A stretch of 63,668 nt of DNA, filler included, from Sphacelaria rigidula (lineage: Eukaryota): the NCBI GenBank assembly GCA_964200075.2. It is 5 parts of 5 records of this genome, joined end to end, with 100 filler letters (N's around TTAATTAATTAA, not from the genome) between each part and the next. Parts side by side here need not be neighbours in the genome. Positions count along the whole stretch, not along the records: positions 1 to 12,658 come from CAXNAA020003530.1; positions 12,759 to 25,414 come from CAXNAA020003531.1; 3 more parts are not named here. One strand, 5' to 3'. Of this stretch, positions 1 to 12,927 are shown in pieces; position 1 is the stretch's first letter; each line of letters begins with the position of its first letter. The translations under genes were made by a program, and so were the position numbers. The notes beneath the pieces are model-generated. The model was given only the letters and a program-made list of their open reading frames with translations, ran no database searches and had not been told where the DNA came from.

Positions 1-737
1 GATTTTTCTGTGTCTTTATTGTTTGTGCGTGGAAATCAGTAGGACCCGTCAGATTGGTGTCGGTTCACTCGCGGCACTACTACTAGGAGCTAACCGCGAT
101 ACGCCGCCTGAATTATGTCGATTGCGTACATTGTGATTCTATTGTCTTGATATCGTGTTCCCATGCCTACTGTCGTTCGTAAGTTAGAGTCACGTATCTA
201 TATTCGTTGTCATACTGCTACTACCACCACCATTGCTACTTCAGTGTCGATCCGCTGGTAAGAAGCGCAATAGTACGGAAGCTCAGGCTGAGAATATCGC
301 GCCATGTAAGAGAATGGGGCACAAGGAATTGGGCTGGAGGGATGCCCCCGCACAAACTCCTATATTTGGCATGCATATCCAAGATGGGGCTATGGAACAA
401 GGATTGATCGTGGACCCGAAGCGATCTTTCTTGCTGGCGAGTCGCTATTGACTTCCCACGCGCGGGGGGGGAAGCAGTCAGAAAATCCTAGGCATGCCAG
501 GTACCTTCGATGACCGGCATAGGCATGTCAAGCACTGCGCAGAGTCTGGGAGAGGGCGGAATGCCAGTCGCTTAGCTTTGTAGCTTGAGTTGCGACAGAC
601 GCCTATTACTAGCTGCGATGTTGCTGTTGCCGTGTCTGAGCAAGATGGTACGCGTACCGCGGCGACGACTGCATCATCAAGTATAGCTGTAAAATTGAAG
701 AGCTTCTACTTCGTTTTGTGCGAGAATGTACCTTTAG

Positions 738-2018
738 TCACCACGTGGGATGATCACGACGTCTTGTGTTCGTCGCCATGATGCCATGGTCACGTACACT
801 GAGCATAATGTACAAAGCACGCGCGGTTCTCCGCTTCCATTCTAGAAACTTCACAGGTCGCTTCCCTATCATCATATGTTCAAGCATATTAACACCTTGC
901 TGTATACGTACGAGTAGCACACCGAAGAACCGCTGCTGCTCGTGACTCACCAGCCAGAAGCTACTGGCCTGCTTCAGCTTCAACGCAGCGCTCTCCACAG
1001 TCGGCGATGCGGTGCCGGATCGCGGACCCGATGACACACTCCGTGCCTCCTCAGGCTCATGAAACCCTTCCCAATCGGACGTCGCTAGCGATAAACTGGC
1101 CAATCCGACCCCTACAGGAGATCCTCGGCTTCGATACTTCACGCGAGGGCTCCTACGCCTCTCAGTCTGCGTCTCTACTACCGCCGCCGCGTCTTGAGCA
1201 GATCGTCGGGTGTCGGATGGTGGTCGCCCTGTACTTGAGTGCCACGTCGATGGTCGTTTGCCTTTGTTGTGGCCTGCGTCGCCACCGCCGCTGCTCCAGT
1301 ATCCGCGAGGGCTTCCTGGGTTGAGCATTTCCCGCGGGCTGCGATATCCGGAAGGGCTGCGATATCCGGAAGGGCTGCGGTATCCGGAAGGGCTGCGATA
1401 TCCGGAAGGGCTGCGATATCCGGAAGGCGTCACAGAAGGTGACTGCGACCGAGAGGGCGGTGTGGACGGAGGTGGAGAGGCCGACCCAGACCGGGACGGA
1501 CGCACTCGTGAAGGCGATCGCGAGAAAGAGCGCGAAACGTGATTGCTGGCGGCCTCGGTTAGAGGGCCCCTACTTCCCGATGCCACAGGTAGCCTCTGGG
1601 ATTGTGCGTCGTGGATAGATACGCCCTCTCGGCCGTGGTCCCAGCCTACCCTGGTATCCTTTCCGGCGTTGTCAGTGCGTCCCCTGGTTGACGAGGGAGG
1701 AAAATGTCCCCGATCGATATCATCATTCAAAGACGAGGAGAGTCGCCGCCGGGCCCTTTTGCTGTTGTCGCTGTCGAGGGATATCGTCGAGCTAGCGACA
1801 GACGACGCCTGAGAAATGTGAGGGCTTCCTCTGCGGCCGTGGGGTTGCGGTCGACCGATCGAAAAGTCGGACGCCCGCACGGATGTTGGCGAGCACGTCC
1901 GACGTCTACTCCTACATCTTGGGAGGGATCTGCATGTGAGGGGTTTATAGTGTCTCCGAAGGGAGCAATGAGGATGGGCAAGCAGGGACGAAGAGGGCAG
2001 TCCGAGTAGCGGAAACGA
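738..2018 (-). CDS. Large exon of an uncharacterised Ser/Arg/Pro-rich protein with (SPSGYR)x5. Probable upstream exons at about 2371-2757 and 3009-3400.
   Basis: Frame is open 2018->738 (ORF track 380 aa). Low-complexity N-part followed by a more ordered C-part (FWLVSHEQQRFFGVLLVRI...). Exact splice model unresolved. Confidence 0.55.
   Translation of the reverse strand, partial: SFPLLGLPSSSLLAHPHCSLRRHYKPLTCRSLPRCRSRRRTCSPTSVRASDFSIGRPQPHGRRGSPHISQASSVASSTISLDSDNSKRARRRLSSSLNDDIDRGHFPPSSTRGRTDNAGKDTRVGWDHGREGVSIHDAQSQRLPVASGSRGPLTEAASNHVSRSFSRSPSRVRPSRSGSASPPPSTPPSRSQSPSVTPSGYRSPSGYRSPSGYRSPSGYRSPSGYRSPREMLNPGSPRGYWSSGGGDAGHNKGKRPSTWHSSTGRPPSDTRRSAQDAAAVVETQTERRRSPRVKYRSRGSPVGVGLASLSLATSDWEGFHEPEEARSVSSGPRSGTASPTVESAALKLKQASSFWLVSHEQQRFFGVLLVRIQQGVNMLEHMMIGKRPVKFLEWKRRTARALYIMLSVRDHGIMATNTRRRDHPTW
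1336..1425. repeat. 18-bp coding tandem repeat x5 (gggctgcgatatccggaa)
   Basis: Five units with one substitution; reads SPSGYR on the minus strand. Confidence 0.97.
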
Positions 2019-3548
2019 TTAAAGGGCGGATTAGTATGTGAAGTAGTTGCATGAATAGCGCCGGCTGTAAGATGCAGCGTGTATGTGCGCGCACGATCAA
2101 GGTCTATACGTAGTAGCTCAGGTGTTGTTATGGGGTGATCCGTTGATCTCCAACGGCCGTGGTTTACTGACTTGTCGAGAAGAGGTAGCCCACTCGGTCA
2201 AAGGACCCGTCAACAACATCTAATCTCCATGCGCGCGATTGGTGGAAAGTATGATTGCAGCACCATGCACCGGCTGTCGTCCTACAGTACACACACTATA
2301 GTTCACCACTTCGACGTTCGACCATCAGATGAACGCCGCGTAACCTGTTCTTTGCTTTGTGTTTCTGTACCTTTCAACAGCAGACGACGGAGGTGGAATC
2401 TCTAACAAACCCAAATGCGACTCGTCGTTCCATTTTGTCCTGGCACGGCGGCCTCTCTCTCTCTCCCGACGTGCCGCTCCCTTTGCCGGTGCCGGTGGTT
2501 GAACATCATGTCGCTTCGACGAAAATCTACGGCCAGGATAGCAGGGAGTCTGACGCTTCCCTCCACACGAGCTTGCCGAAGATGCAGAGGAGGGGACAGA
2601 TGACTCGGCGTCGCCAATACTGGCGGGCGACGCGGCAGAAGAGGCCGCCCTTGCTTGAACATCCGCGTCGAGGAGTGGGAAGCCCTCTTGCCGGAATGAA
2701 GTTCCGCTGTCGGCTTCATCTCTTCCGTTGATCGCGCCAACACGCAGGCTTTCATATCTGGAAGTCCAGGAGAGATAACACACCCGAATAGTACCGTCTT
2801 GTGGCAGGATTTAGACACGGGTGAAGTAGAAGAGGTGAACTTCAGGACTAAGGGAAAAAACAACCGCTCAAATGACTTTCCTTATCCGCATCATCGCGTA
2901 ACCGCGCCCCTGAAAGTATTTTCGTCAGGTGTACTTGTATCTCAGGCATTCCTATGGATAAGCTGAACCATTTCGAGAATGATAACAGGAAGCAGTATAG
3001 AGACCTACCCTCTTTGCTGCGGTTTCCCCTTGATGCTGTACTGTAGTCTTGGTGCCGCTATTGAGCCCGACGCTCGGCGTGTTCGCTCTTGCTTGTGTTC
3101 TTTCACCCATCTGGGTGGTTTCCCGCGCGGGGGTGAGAGGAGCATCCCAGCTGGTGAGTGTTTGGATCCGCGACGCCCTGTGACGCCGTTGAACAAGTCC
3201 CTCATGCTCGCGTTTGCTTGTAAAACAGTCTGAGGTGGTGGATCAGCGATGGTTACGGAAAGTCCACGTAGAGACGGGACGAGAAGGGGAGGGCCGTAAT
3301 GTGCCTTCGGATTTGCGGCTGAAGAGGAAGCAGAAGTTGTACACACGTTACTTGCATGAATGACCTTGGTTGGCGGGCGTGTAAGGGCGATATAGCCAGT
3401 GCATCAAGATCGCTTGGGAATTATATACCAAGGTCTTGTTCGGTTTGCGAGCTCCGGGGGTAGTGAAATAACGGGACGACAGAAAACACCGGAGAGACGA
3501 TCATCGAGAGTCTGGCGGTATGTGAGCAGGACAGATACCGAGGACCAG

Positions 3549-5398
3549 CTATATGTCAGCATCTACAGAGAATACGTGTCGTATCAAGTGTAACGCTCTT
3601 TGTGCAGTGTTGGATTCCGCTGGTGGATGCGTTACCAAGAGTATTACGTATGTTGTAGATATCCAGCACCATTTTTGCATCAACCGAATCTGTTTTACCT
3701 TTTTCACCGAAAATGTGCTATGTTTTCGTCCGCCAGCTCTCCTCTCAATGGAGTTCATCTTCGGAGCCTCTCGAGAAAGACGGTCCGCAACAGCGCTTCT
3801 CGCAACCGACATGAAGGCATCCTTCACGTTTACGCCACTTTTGGCGCTCACTTCCATGAACGGGATTCCAAATTCGGTCGCAGCATCCTGCCCGGTCTGT
3901 ATTCCAACCTACACGTAGTTGCAGTTGAGTTGTCAACGAGCACGATCTGTTCGGTCGACTACTTTGCCCCCGCCAGGCGTTGCTCCAGGTGTGCAGCACG
4001 CAGACTTTGATGGCATTATCACAGTGCCTATGGTGTTAAACTTGTTTGCTTACTCAAGACGGCGTGTCGACGCTGCCCTCGCTTGCCGCGCGCTAAACTG
4101 TGCAACTCTATGCATGTTCTGGCCCTTGACTGGTGGGCGACTGCATTTTATTGATATACCAATGCGCCGCATCGTACTCACCTGTCGGTCGGATATGGGT
4201 ACATCACTCTTATTTCCCACCAGGAGCATGACTGTTCCTGCCTGCTTCCTCCTTTGAACTCGATTGAGATTGTCTGGGTCGGCGAAAAACCTTCGAAGCT
4301 CCTGTAAGGAGTTTTACCGTGCAAATCCGGAACAATGACCAGAATCTTCGGTAGAGCCAACGAGCGAAAACTGTAAAAACTGTCTGCGAAAAAAGTACCT
4401 TGTTCACTCGTATCGCAACCTCGCGTCTGGTTCACAGTATCTTTTCCTCGTCCAACGTGAGAAGTTTCATGTCGTTATTTCACCGTTGTAAGAGGCAATC
4501 GATTCTACAAACAAACTATACTGAAAGAAAGACACTAATTTGACGAACCTCAATATCGTCACCGGCCGGAAAACAGTTAGACTTGTACCAACAAAGCTAT
4601 GAGTCATTGTTTCGCCAATAACTACTGTATCGCGTCTTTATCTTGACTTTATATATGATGACGCCCTCGGAATTATTGACAGAGGAGACGTCGTGAATTT
4701 GGTAAACCATTTGTTGTCAGGGTTACTCGTTACGCTATCGTGTTGCTCTCCTTCGTTCTCACGTCAAGAGTAGCCACGGAGGAGACGTCGTAGACGAAAA
4801 GCACAGCATCGAACGCCAACAAGTAGGCCCCATTGACAGTCCGATACGCCGCCTTCCCGCTCGTATCATACACGTTAATCTTGACTTCCACACGTGCATA
4901 AGGTGCCAGTTTACTACTCTGTGTGTCAGCACCAATACCACCTCCGCAGGCGTGGTTTTCGTCAATTCGAACATCTCGCCCAATGCTGTCAAATACCGCG
5001 TTTGCTGTTGTCGTACCCCTGCTGCTCCCTTCCAGTACACTCTCAATTTCTTCCCCACAATCCTGATCTACTTCCCGTTTTCCCGGTGTTTGTTGTCTTC
5101 TGCCGTGCCATCCATCGTCGTCTTCTTGTACAAGCTCGAGAGTTTTGATGTTGAAATCGACCCCGAAGGTCGGAGCCACGTCCCCAGTGAACACACCGTC
5201 GACCCATCGATTTCTCAGGGACGTCTTGCCCACGCCGCACTCGCCGTACAGGATGACATTCAAGCTTACGCCGTGGGCGTTAGCAAGCCAAGAGCGAGTA
5301 CGCCCGACAGTGTATTTACCTTTACGCTGCCTGTGGCGGAAACACGGGCAGACCGCGTTCAAAAGACGAGCGCAACAGGCGCACCATCCTTGTCGCAT
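3549..5398 (-). CDS. Atypical Rab-like small GTPase, join(5398..4763,4301..4182,3908..3549), about 371 aa
   Basis: G1 GECGVGKTS, effector PTFGVDF, G3 DTSGK, G4 GNKSD, G5 EVSAK. Two phase-0 GT-AG introns join in frame. The 3' end is less certain (possible extra donor near 3698). Confidence 0.88.
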
Positions 5399-6052
5399 GA
5401 TGAAACACCCGAGAAATCCCCGCCGTTTGTCGAGTGGGCTAGCAATCTGATAGTGTTACGTATTTTTGAGGTTTTGACCTCCAGGAGCGAACACGATCGT
5501 GGCTCTGGGCACACTCGGCTCAAAGCTCATAGGTCATGAAAGATGCGAGGCAACAGCAGTTGAGCGCTGCACGTGTGTAAGCCTCACGGAGTCGACTACA
5601 TTCATACCCAAGGGGACGTGGCGATCGTATCGCACATGCGGGTGGTTCAGATTACACTGCATGCAACATGCGGCGGGTCCGAACGAGTTTATCCGTTACG
5701 GTTGACGTGCATGTAGCTGCTCGAAGCCCGGTGCCATGGTGATTCGTCAAACACCTTGACCAAGCGGGACGGAAGAATACAGGTCACGGTCCAGTTGTAC
5801 CACTTGTTATGTGCATTTCAAATTTAATAGGAACTACTGTATCTCCCAGTAGCAGTCTGGGGAAAATTGCCAGAAGGCGTGGAAGCCAGGGACACAACGC
5901 TTGCTCGCGAAGTGGCGTGCAGAAGGGTGTATGGAAACGACGCCTGGGCTACATGCTGTATTCTCGCCAGTTTACACCAAACCCTCAATGACAACCGAGC
6001 GAGAGTTTGCCCAAATAGAGTACCGGGCCGTGGTAAAAAAATGAATGTTGCA

Positions 6053-6235
6053 GGTGCATGGCTTGCCGTGTCATCAAAAGTTGCCAATGACGTGCGGCAA
6101 GAATCAACCAAACAACCCGACGGTGGAGGTGAAAGCTGCCTCGCTGGTAAGGACTCTTCACTTAACTGCCGTCAATCCATGTTGGAAGGGCCTACCATGG
6201 ACGCGAATGCAACTAAACGCATAAAATATAAAGAA

Positions 6236-6279
<44 letters not shown>

Positions 6280-9200
6280 ACCGCCACCAATGGCGAACTC
6301 TGCACTCCTGCGCCACGTGGGATCCAAAGAACAGAGTCGATGGACAACAAACTTCTCGGCGACAGGTCGCGACTGGGTATGATTTCAACGCCCATACAAC
6401 AGCATCGCCGCTCGTGCCTTATACAGGGCCGCCTGCCTCGGGCAAACAGGCACTGCCATAATTTTCTGGCAGAGGACACCCGGTAGTGGGTAGATGAGAC
6501 GGTGGATGCGCCCCGGTGACCGTGACACCACAGCCCAGCCAGATAATAACCCGTTGTACAAACAGCAGGCGATGCAGAAGCCACACTCTCTGCTGCGACC
6601 GCACAGGGATCTGGAGAGTGTATTTTAGTACGAAACAGGCAAACGTAGGTCAGTAGACATCCGACAGCAGACCATTGAACCCTAACGATCTATATTTTGT
6701 ACATCGCTGTGAGGAGCAAAGATCACGCAGTAGCCAAACGAGGCGGAGATACATGATAACATACACAGTCGATTGAAAGACCTCGTGAGCGCGATTGTCT
6801 AACATATTTGACGCTCATCCTACAGCCGTATAATAGTACAGGCACAGTAACGGAACAGGATCGCGATAACAGTACAAATAAATTGTTCAGCACGACTGGG
6901 ACCCACGATCCTCCGCGTGACATGGATGGGCGGGGTGTGGGGTGATCGTGGAATCCCGAGTCGAATAAAACGCTTGCGGACCGTGGGACGGGGGTTCTTC
7001 AGATTTAGCGGACCCCTCAAAGTCGGGCATAACGGGGATCTCTATCATGTGTCGCGTGGTGGTATGCACTAACCAGCAACTCTCTCGCGCGTCTCCTAGT
7101 AGGATATATCTGGCATAAAAGACAGAATGCGCATAGTCGAGTAGGCGTTGGCGTATACACTCAATCGTGTGTCATAAGCCACTTCTCCAACAAACGATGG
7201 CCCAACTCCACCACTTTTGCACAGTGCCTCGTTCATATTACGTACTGTAGGCAAAACGCACTTCCGACCGCTTCTCTGGCTTATACACACGGTACACCTT
7301 TTCGCAGCGCACACAGGACACAGCAAAAGGGCAGCGTAGCATGATCCCCGAGCACGGGATCTGTTGAGAAGGTCCCGCCTGGATTTGGCCATACTCCAAA
7401 AGTTTGAACGACGAGGTCACCAGCGTATCTATATGTGATGTTACGCCGACACCACAACATCTTTCGGGAAGTGGTGCTCACAGAAAATAAGCCACCCCTC
7501 ACTCCATACCCATCAACGTGCGCTCGCTAGCATGCATAGAAATTCACGTGCCCATATTGCTCATGAGTGGAAGCTAAAGCTGACTCAACCAACGCTGTTT
7601 GTTCCTTCAGCACAAGAAGCGAAAAGCTGCCGCTCCGATGGATCGATTTGGAATAAAAAGATAGGCTCCAGTCTCCAATCAGAAACAGTCAAATGGTTGA
7701 CTACAGATCAGCTCAATTTTTGTTTGTGTGGAATATTCGTAAATTACAACTTTTATTCAAATTTCAGTTTCTTGCCAATCGTCATCTCGAATCACAAAAA
7801 CCGCCACCAATCGAAAATAAAGATAAATAAGCATACCACCGGATTTTGCTCTGCACGAAAACCCCCTTCGGCAGACAAAATAAGAGTGAATAATAAGTAG
7901 CCTAGGTGCCCCTCACAGGGAATCCATCGCTAAGGTGGCATCGACGCGATCCTTCAGCGCTTACATCCCGATCCCTTCTCCGCCCGCCCCTTGAAGAGTA
8001 GTCGTGGTTTGGTTCTCGGGTGAAGGCAGCATCTCGGCGTTCAAACCGCTTTTTCGAACGCGAAGAGACGGTGCTGGAAAACTCATCTTCCGGCGACGAA
8101 GAAAGCTCAAGTGAGGACTAGGCCCAATTCGATCGGGTACCCAGAGGAGGCGGAAGACAGATAAAGCCAGAAACGTCAGAGGAAGGGTTTCCGCTGTAGC
8201 CCCTGTGGAGGTATTCAGTTACTAGCTAGGCTCAGCAAAGACGAGCCAGAGGAGGACGGGGGAGGTTGGAAGGTGAAGAACGGGACTGGTGCCAGTCGCG
8301 GTGTACTGTTTTACAGTGCATCAGAATGCCTCGACCGCATCCTTCTGGCGTGGCTTCTCTCCCCCAAAATCCCACGTTAGATGAGCAGCACGCTGCCAGA
8401 GGGGCTCGTGGCGACCCGAGTTCAAAAGAGTCGCTCGTGCGCCCGCTGCGGTCTACGGCCGATGGGAGGGTAGGGTCTCAGGCGGCTTCAGCACGAGGTG
8501 CAGGCTCCGAGGGTGCAGAAGGCCGGCGCAACACAAGTGGGGGGAAAGCTGCTGCTGCTGATGGGCCGACATCAAGGCGAAGGTGCGTATGTTGCGGGAT
8601 CGTCCTCGAGTAAGCTGGTACAATAGCAGGTATAGACAGTACGATACAGTCAGAGCAGTACTAAAGAACATGATTTTTCTGTTTGTTTTACCGATAGTGA
8701 TCTGCTTTGTCGGTGCGTCTCCCCCCTCTCTTTTATATTTTGCCTGCCTTCCTACGTGCTGCTCGTGAGTTCATTGTCTCGCTTTCTTCTTGGAGGAGCT
8801 CTCCAGCTCTTCCAGGTGTACCTGTATATTGACATGATTTCCTTCACAACTGTTCCTGTATTCAGACATGATTTCCCCTCATAATGTGCACGTGTTTTTA
8901 TACTTGCACACAGTGAGCGGCAGGGCTCATTTCATCACCCGAAACAAGGAATAGATTTAGCTCATCATATTTGAGTAGTACACGTTTATGGGACAAGACG
9001 AACCTCGTAATTCTTCGCTTTGTTCGGGAATATCATGGTCGGATTGGGCCGAATTTAGCTCAATGACAAGGTTGAGGTGTGCTAGGGATACGAGGAGGGA
9101 CTTGTCTTATCTGAGGGTGCTGAAGCCAATTAATCCTCACTAGAAAGAAATGTTCAGATGCGTTGCGGTGCGGCCCTTCCACAACGACAATAGCAGAGTC

Positions 9201-9930
9201 AGTATACAGCAGAACGGTCCTATATTTTATCAAAGACCCAAATACTCTATATTTTGAAAACATTTGAAACGTTCGGCAAGAAGCGACTCTATGAAAAGCC
9301 CGTCTGCGCCCTGCTGAATCATGTCCCACCACGCATTGATATCCACACCACCTTTTCTTCTGTTGGATCTCACTTTCCTCCCCCGACCCCTCCCCCGCTC
9401 CGAAACTACGGTGCAATAGGTTTTCTGCTCTTGAGGCGTACGAAGCGAGCACTGAAGTCGTTGACGGGCAACAGGCAAATTCTTTCATCAGCAAAAAAGT
9501 ACATCGTCAACCACAACAGCATCGAAAACAATCAAACATTGCCAGAAGACACCCATCATCATCTGCTACAAGTACAAGTTCTTCAAACGACGAGGGCGGC
9601 AACAACCACCAGCACACCCCTGTGAGCAGCCAGGGCGGCAGTAGCGGCCCGAAGGACGACTCCACGCTGACCGTACCCGGAGCTAGAAACAGTTTTTTTT
9701 TCGGCGCTGATTATGCGGGCAAAGTGAAGCCAAAGCACAAACAACACGAAATGGCCAAGACAATGGGTAAACCAGATGATGGTGTGGGGGCGGCGTCACA
9801 TTCCGGTTCTACTGGAGGGAATAACGTTGGAAGGAATGCTCGTCGCAACCTAGTTGGCGGCGCCCGAAACGGAGGGGGCAGAAAAGAGGTTCTGGACTAT
9901 GATGGCGGTCTGGCTTTGCAAGACGTGGAG
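6053..9930 (+). CDS. Uncharacterised low-complexity multi-exon gene, possibly decaying. Exons about 6053-6376, 7919-8210, 8325-8582, 9420-9930; continues 3'.
   Basis: AG/GT-bounded exon-like frames. Junctions 8210/8325 and 8582/9420 are phase-2 compatible. Poly-Pro in the first exon; three in-frame TAGs in 7919-8210. Confidence 0.5.
6235..6289. repeat. (CCG/CCA)n microsatellite encoding a poly-Pro run
   Basis: Direct reading. Confidence 0.95.
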
Positions 9931-11942
9931 GTACGTGCTGTGCTCCCATGTGGTTTGGACTATTGGAAGAGTTGTGGGGTCAAACGATGCTCCGTCTTGC
10001 CTCGTATACGCGAGAGAGGTTTGTGTCGTGGGTGATGCTTGCCGTAAAGCAGTCAGTTTGTGGGTTGTCTTGTAACTGTCGGACGAGTCACAGCACAAAA
10101 GTCAGGACAGTAGTATATTCTCAAGGGTATGAGAGGACATGCGTTGTTAGTCCCTTGTTCGTTTTTGTTCCGGGCATGCGCCACAAGGGATCGAGAAGGG
10201 GAGCGCTGGTGAGTCGAGTATTTAGCAGACAGCGAACAGATGTGGGGGTCTTCTTCTCTGTCATTTCTTGTTCACGTGCTGGGTTCGGTGGAGATTCGTG
10301 TTCAGGCAGGAAGGTGGAACCGTAGGTGGACGTTGTGGTAGTGTGGGGATCTGCATATTTCACAAGCGTTGGGAACCGTGCTGCTTTCTTGCTACTGAAC
10401 AGTCAGAACAGTGAGGTTAGTTCACAGACCTTACATGCACAACACTGTGTTGTCTGTTGTGATGATCATCCAGTGGATTCGTTTCAAGGAATCACCTTTG
10501 CTTTTTTGTTCGCGGCATCACGGGAAGAAGACGCACATATGTTTGAGGTCACCCAGCAACTCGTCCGTCCTTGTGCGACTACATATAGTTTGTGTAGGAA
10601 TACTCCTGTATCATGTATTAGTGTAGTGCAAGTGTACGGCATGTCAAATCTACTCGTACTGTAAACAAGATATCGTTACTCCACACCAGTCTGTACTGCT
10701 GTACCTTACGCTGTACTAGACAGTTACAGTACAGTAGTTGTTTTGTGCAATGGTCATGGTTGGTGCCGCTTTCTTGCGAGATGTACAAGACGGAAATTGC
10801 CTTGTCAGTGAATTCCTGCAATGGAGCCTCTTCACGTGTCTGCAGTCATCAATAGCTACTAGATACCCTGAATTATCGTTTTGTGCTCGCCGATGGCACT
10901 CTTGCGTGTTTGTTTCCTGTCAAACGATCAATCGACCTTCACTGATGCATGTTGGTATCATGTGTAGCGCAACACTGCAGTACCGTTTACTGTTGTGCTT
11001 TGTCTTGGACTTTACTACTGTGCTGTGCTGTCCCGTGAGATGAGTGTAGTTGATCAGAAGGAACGCGAGCTCCCCCTAACCGTATCCTTCCTCAGGGTAC
11101 TACTTCAGACCGTGGATTCCACTCTGCTGACATCCTTCACAGCTCTTCGTGTACTGTACGCGGAGTCACCCAATGTTTGGGATTGCCTCCGGTAAAAATA
11201 GTTTCCTTGAGAGAAGCAAGCTGAACGAGCTCGCAACCATTTGTGCGCCTAGGCCTGTTGCACACTTTTCGGTCGTGTGTCCCCAGGTTCCGATTCTATG
11301 CTCTGTATGATCTGTTGATGTTCACACCTATACGGAATAGTTCTGCGCTTTGGCTCTGATTGCCCTGGGTAAGACCTACTGAGGACAGGGGTGTGCTACC
11401 TCAGCCTGTGCCGGGTACGTTGATTGCTAGACTGACCGTTTCATCGTTTGCCATGGCTTTGCCTTGGTTTGCCTCAGGTCAATTTCCCGTAAAGTTTTAA
11501 ACCGTCACTTCAGGCTCAACTTTGGCTCTTGCGCACCCAAGCTGTACGGCCCCGCGAACTGTAGCCTCGCCCTCTACCGTAGTGTATTTTGTTCTTCTCT
11601 CTCTGTACTCTGTGTATCGTTCGTTACGGTCAGTATTGGGCAAAGTTGGAGTTCGGCGTTCTCCAGCGCTTGCTTCACCCTCTTCTTGTGTGCATCTTAG
11701 AATCGACACGGTGAGGGAGCATTGGCGCGCATGGACACGAAGTGATATCTGTACACAACAATCGAGTGTTGACTTGGTTTCCATGTAAACACCCGGATTT
11801 TTGGCAGAAGACTTTGAACGTTAAACGGATTTTTGGATTTTCCACGAACTGACCGATGCTTATTCTGCAGCGCGGTACTACTGTGCATTTGTGACCGGAT
11901 TTTCATATTTCTGACCGGTAGCGCACTGGTAGGCCCTGACCG

Positions 11943-12458
11943 ATAAGGCATGCCGAGGGGGGGTCTAAGGCAAACCATTTAAGGCACGTCTCAGGCAAAA
12001 TAGTTGGCCACAGGCAACTTCTAAGGCGTGCTATACCCCGTATTCATGCCTTACATGCCTTAGTTTATAGCTCGGGATGCCATAGACTTGCCATAGACTT
12101 GCCATAGACTTGCCTTGGACCATCACTCCAATTACCCGAATAATTGGAGTGGGCGTTGTCATTAGCTTGACGAATTGCCATTGGTTTTGCGGTACAATGT
12201 GTTTGCCTTTGTCAAATAAGGCATCTCAGGCATAAAACACCTTATCCGGCAACCCCTTTTCGAAGATGGGCTCTAAGGCAAAAAGTAATACCCCAGTATT
12301 TCCCGAAAAATTGGAGTTGGCGTCATCATTCGTGTGCCTTACTTCCATTCTTGTAGTATACGTGCTTGCCTCGCCCAAACAAGGCATCTCAGAGGCCACA
12401 CCCTCTCTCAGGCAACCCCTTTCTGAAAAGGGGCTCCAAGGCAAAAAGTAAGGCATGC
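11943..12458. mobile_element. Non-autonomous element rich in AAGGCA/TGCCTT motifs
   Basis: Many (t)aaggca and tgcctt motifs in both orientations; gccatagactt x3 at about 12079-12114; duplicated ggcaacccctt...aaggcaaaaagtaa at about 12248 and 12411. Confidence 0.45.
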
Positions 12459-12658
12459 TGGTTCTTGTCCTTTATTATCTTCTCTCTTCCTTTCTTTCGG
12501 TGTACACTTCTGACAGATCTGGCGTTTGTTGTTTGTTTGTTTGTTTTGTCTTTTTTTTTTTTTTCTCTCTCCGTTGAACTCGGGGAGCTACTTCTCTCCG
12601 GTTTTCGTGGCGTCGCTCTTCTTATTTTCTTTATTTTTTCTTTATTTTGGTAATGTGT

Positions 12659-12758
12659 NNNNNNNNNNNNNNNNNNNNNNNNNNNNNNNNNNNNNNNNNN
12701 NNTTAATTAATTAANNNNNNNNNNNNNNNNNNNNNNNNNNNNNNNNNNNNNNNNNNNN
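12659..12758. other. Artificial contig linker N44-TTAATTAATTAA-N44
   Basis: Six-frame stop linker, 100 nt. Confidence 0.99.
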
Positions 12759-12927
12759 GGCTGTGCTGTTGTTGTGTGCTGCTGTTCGTCGCTGCCGTGC
12801 CGCCGCTGTGTGTTGCTGCTGCTCGCCGCACGGCTGTGCTGTTGTTGTGTGCTGCTGTTCGTCGTTGCCGCGCAGCTGCTGTGTGTCGTTGATTGTTGCT
12901 GCTCTGTACTGTTACTGCTGCTGCTGT
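12759..12927. repeat. Degenerate (GCT/GTT/GTG) simple repeat at contig start
   Basis: Direct reading. Confidence 0.9.

Noticed and set aside
1007..1812. Plus-strand ORFs with LRYPEG or GRAAIS repeats
   Set aside because: Antisense shadows of the longer minus-strand frame.
12703..12714. TTAATTAATTAA as a biological motif
   Set aside because: Synthetic six-frame stop inside N padding, identical four times.
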